From NCBI GenBank assembly GCA_963843375.1, contig CAWJKT010000003.1, positions 126,054 through 190,053 of the forward strand: a DNA stretch of 64,000 nucleotides, in the 5' to 3' direction. Position numbers and translations under genes: made by a program. Below, in pieces: positions 62,107-64,000 of the stretch. Below the pieces are notes generated by a model. That model ran no database searches, was not told where the DNA came from, and worked only from the letters and a program-made list of their open reading frames with translations. The number at the start of each line of letters is the position of its first letter. Positions within the stretch are counted from its first letter, which is position 1. The DNA is from an uncultured Pseudomonadota bacterium. GTDB taxonomy: Bacteria > Oederibacteriota > Muellerivitia > Muellerivitales > Muellerivitaceae.

Positions 62107-62664
62107 ATGAGTTACGGCGGCGAAGGAGAAATCGGCTTTGCCACGGCCCGCGGCCGGGATTGGCCCAGCGTGCGCCAGTTCAACGTCTTTCTCGAAAATC
62201 GGCTCGGGGCCCTGCTCAACGTGGTGCGGCGCTTTGAGACCACCGACATCCGCATCGTCTCCCTGACCGTCGTCGATTCGGCCGACTGTGCCATCGTCCG
62301 CATCGTGCTGAACGATCCGGAGCGGGCCTACGAGATCTTCAAGGCGGCCAATCTGCCCATCACCGAAAGCGATCTGCTCGTCGTGCAGCTGCCCGATAGC
62401 CCGCAGCCGCTCCTGGAAATCTGCAAGGCCCTGCTCAAGGTCGAGATCGGCATCCACTACGCCTATCCGCTGCTGGTCGGCCCGATGGGCCATGCCGCCC
62501 TGGCCCTGCGCGTCGAGAACCACGAAACCGCGGCCCAGACCTTGCAAAGCCAGGGTTTCACGCTGCTGTCGGAAAATCTACTTCCTATGACAGTTTTCAG
62601 TTTTTCAGTGTTCCGGTACCGGCGAGCCGGGAAGCGTGAGCGACCGGGAATATCGCGCCACTGA
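62107..62664 (+). CDS. Tandem ACT-domain protein (true stop may lie near 62590)
   Basis: RQFNVFLENRLGAL..D..D.A.VR; I.YAYP.L. Confidence 0.8.
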   Translation: MSYGGEGEIGFATARGRDWPSVRQFNVFLENRLGALLNVVRRFETTDIRIVSLTVVDSADCAIVRIVLNDPERAYEIFKAANLPITESDLLVVQLPDSPQPLLEICKALLKVEIGIHYAYPLLVGPMGHAALALRVENHETAAQTLQSQGFTLLSENLLPMTVFSFSVFRYRRAGKRERPGISRH

Positions 62665-62805
62665 AAACGGAATGTCTCTCGTTGCCCGGACCTCTCGTCA
62701 TCGCCTATATCAACATCACGCACGATCGGGAAAACTAACTTTCAGCAGACGCGCGATTTTGGCGACGCTGCCAGGTACGTCCGTCATACTCACGAGGAAA
62801 TACAC

Positions 62806-64000
62806 ATGAAAAAGTTTGCCGTCCTCTCGGCCATCGCCGCTGGGGACCTTGTCCCTGGCCCTGGCCAAGCCAAACCTTCCGCCGGCACAGAAACCGAAGG
62901 GGCCCGCCATCGACTTGCTGGCTCCCAAAATGGTCAAGTTGAACCTCACCAACGTCTCGGTGACGGCGGCCGTGGCGGAGTTCTCCCGGCAGAGCGGTTA
63001 CGCCATCCAGCTCGTCGGCGACACGTCGCAGCTCAACAATCGCATGATCACTTTGCAAACGGGCGACGTCTCGTTCTTCCAGGCTTTCGATCAGCTCTGT
63101 GCCAAGGGCGGCCTGGTCGAGAAAAACCTGAACAGCACCGTCGGTCCTCGGCCGATTTTCCGGCCGCAACCGCTGCCGAAACCCTTGCCGCCGGGCGGCG
63201 CCCGGCCGCAACTCGAACCGCTGCCCCCGCCGAAAGGCGGAGTCCAGGCAGCCCCTGGAGCCCGCCCAGGCTGGAATTCAGGTCCAGGTTCAGCCCGCGC
63301 GCCCAGGTGCAGCCAGGATTCAGATCCAGATTCAGGGGGGCGCCAAATATCAGCCTGGCTTCCAGCCGGTTCCCGGTGGCGGCGTACGCGTTTTCCCTGG
63401 CAATCAGCAGTTCATGCTGGCAGATGGCAAACCGCTCGAAGTGCCGACCGTCTACGCCGGGGCCGTACGGATTCGCTTGCTGCCCGCCGCCACCTTCAAC
63501 CTGGTCGCTCCGCCAGGCGAAGCTCTGCTGATTTTTGAAGTCACCGCCGAGCCGCGTCTGCAGTCCTTCAGCGTCATCGGCGACCCGCACATCACCAGGG
63601 CCATCGACGACATGGGCCAAACTTTGACCGTGGTCAACCAGCCGGCCGGGCCCAGGATCCAACCGGTCAACCCCGTGGCTCCGGCCCCAAACATCAAGGT
63701 TCCCATACAGGGCGCCCAACGTTCCGATCCAACCCAATGCCCCGCCGGCCGTACAGCCCGCCCCTCCGCGCCAGGGACAATTGCCCGCTCCGGCTCAGCC
63801 TCCTGTCGTTCAGCCCCCTGTCGGCCAGCCGGCATTCGTCCAACCCATGATCGTCCGGGGCTTCGGCTTGCGGCCGATCGTCACGGTTCGCCTGAAACTC
63901 GGTGCCAAACCGGCCAAGATGCTCAAGGAGCTGACGGGCACGCTAAACGTCCAGGTCCTGGGCCAGCCCGAGCCGGTGGTCACGATCGACAACGTGCTGC
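62806..64000 (+). CDS. Hypothetical Pro-rich secreted protein (frameshifted, runs off the window)
   Basis: GAGG RBS and MKKFAVLSAIAA signal-like start; coherent pieces in several frames (VAEFSRQSGY, FFQAFDQLC, AEPRLQ). Confidence 0.5.

Overview
Positions 1 to ~56650 look like chromosomal DNA of one moderately AT-rich diderm bacterium. This part carries rplU-rpmA-obgE-proB-(J/TPR)-(Hsp70)-nadD-(ComFB)-rsfS, a giant Thr-rich surface protein next to a PorV-like barrel, purA, tRNA-Lys, a PAS-GGDEF-EAL protein, rnr-smpB, tRNA-Leu, an M16 peptidase, a sugar ABC cluster, yqeK, argS and a gamma-glutamylation amine-catabolism operon. Two systems stand out. (1) An ECF sigma/NrsF-type pair lies divergent from a stalked blue-copper (cupredoxin-like) protein and a monoheme cytochrome-porin, and both transcription units carry the same GTAAC-N16-AACTA motif. 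(2) A sigma54-type nitrogen locus holds glnA, an APC permease fused in frame to a P-II domain, an Asp-to-Glu pseudo-receiver OmpR-family regulator and a porin. At ~56650 the sequence switches abruptly, mid-gene, to GC-rich Planctomycete-like DNA (DUF1501, LacD-type aldolase, ACT protein, REP-like palindrome), most likely a chimeric join. Many genes, including the essential obgE, are frameshifted, which points to long-read indel errors rather than pseudogenes. All family calls come from recognising motifs by eye; no database search was run.
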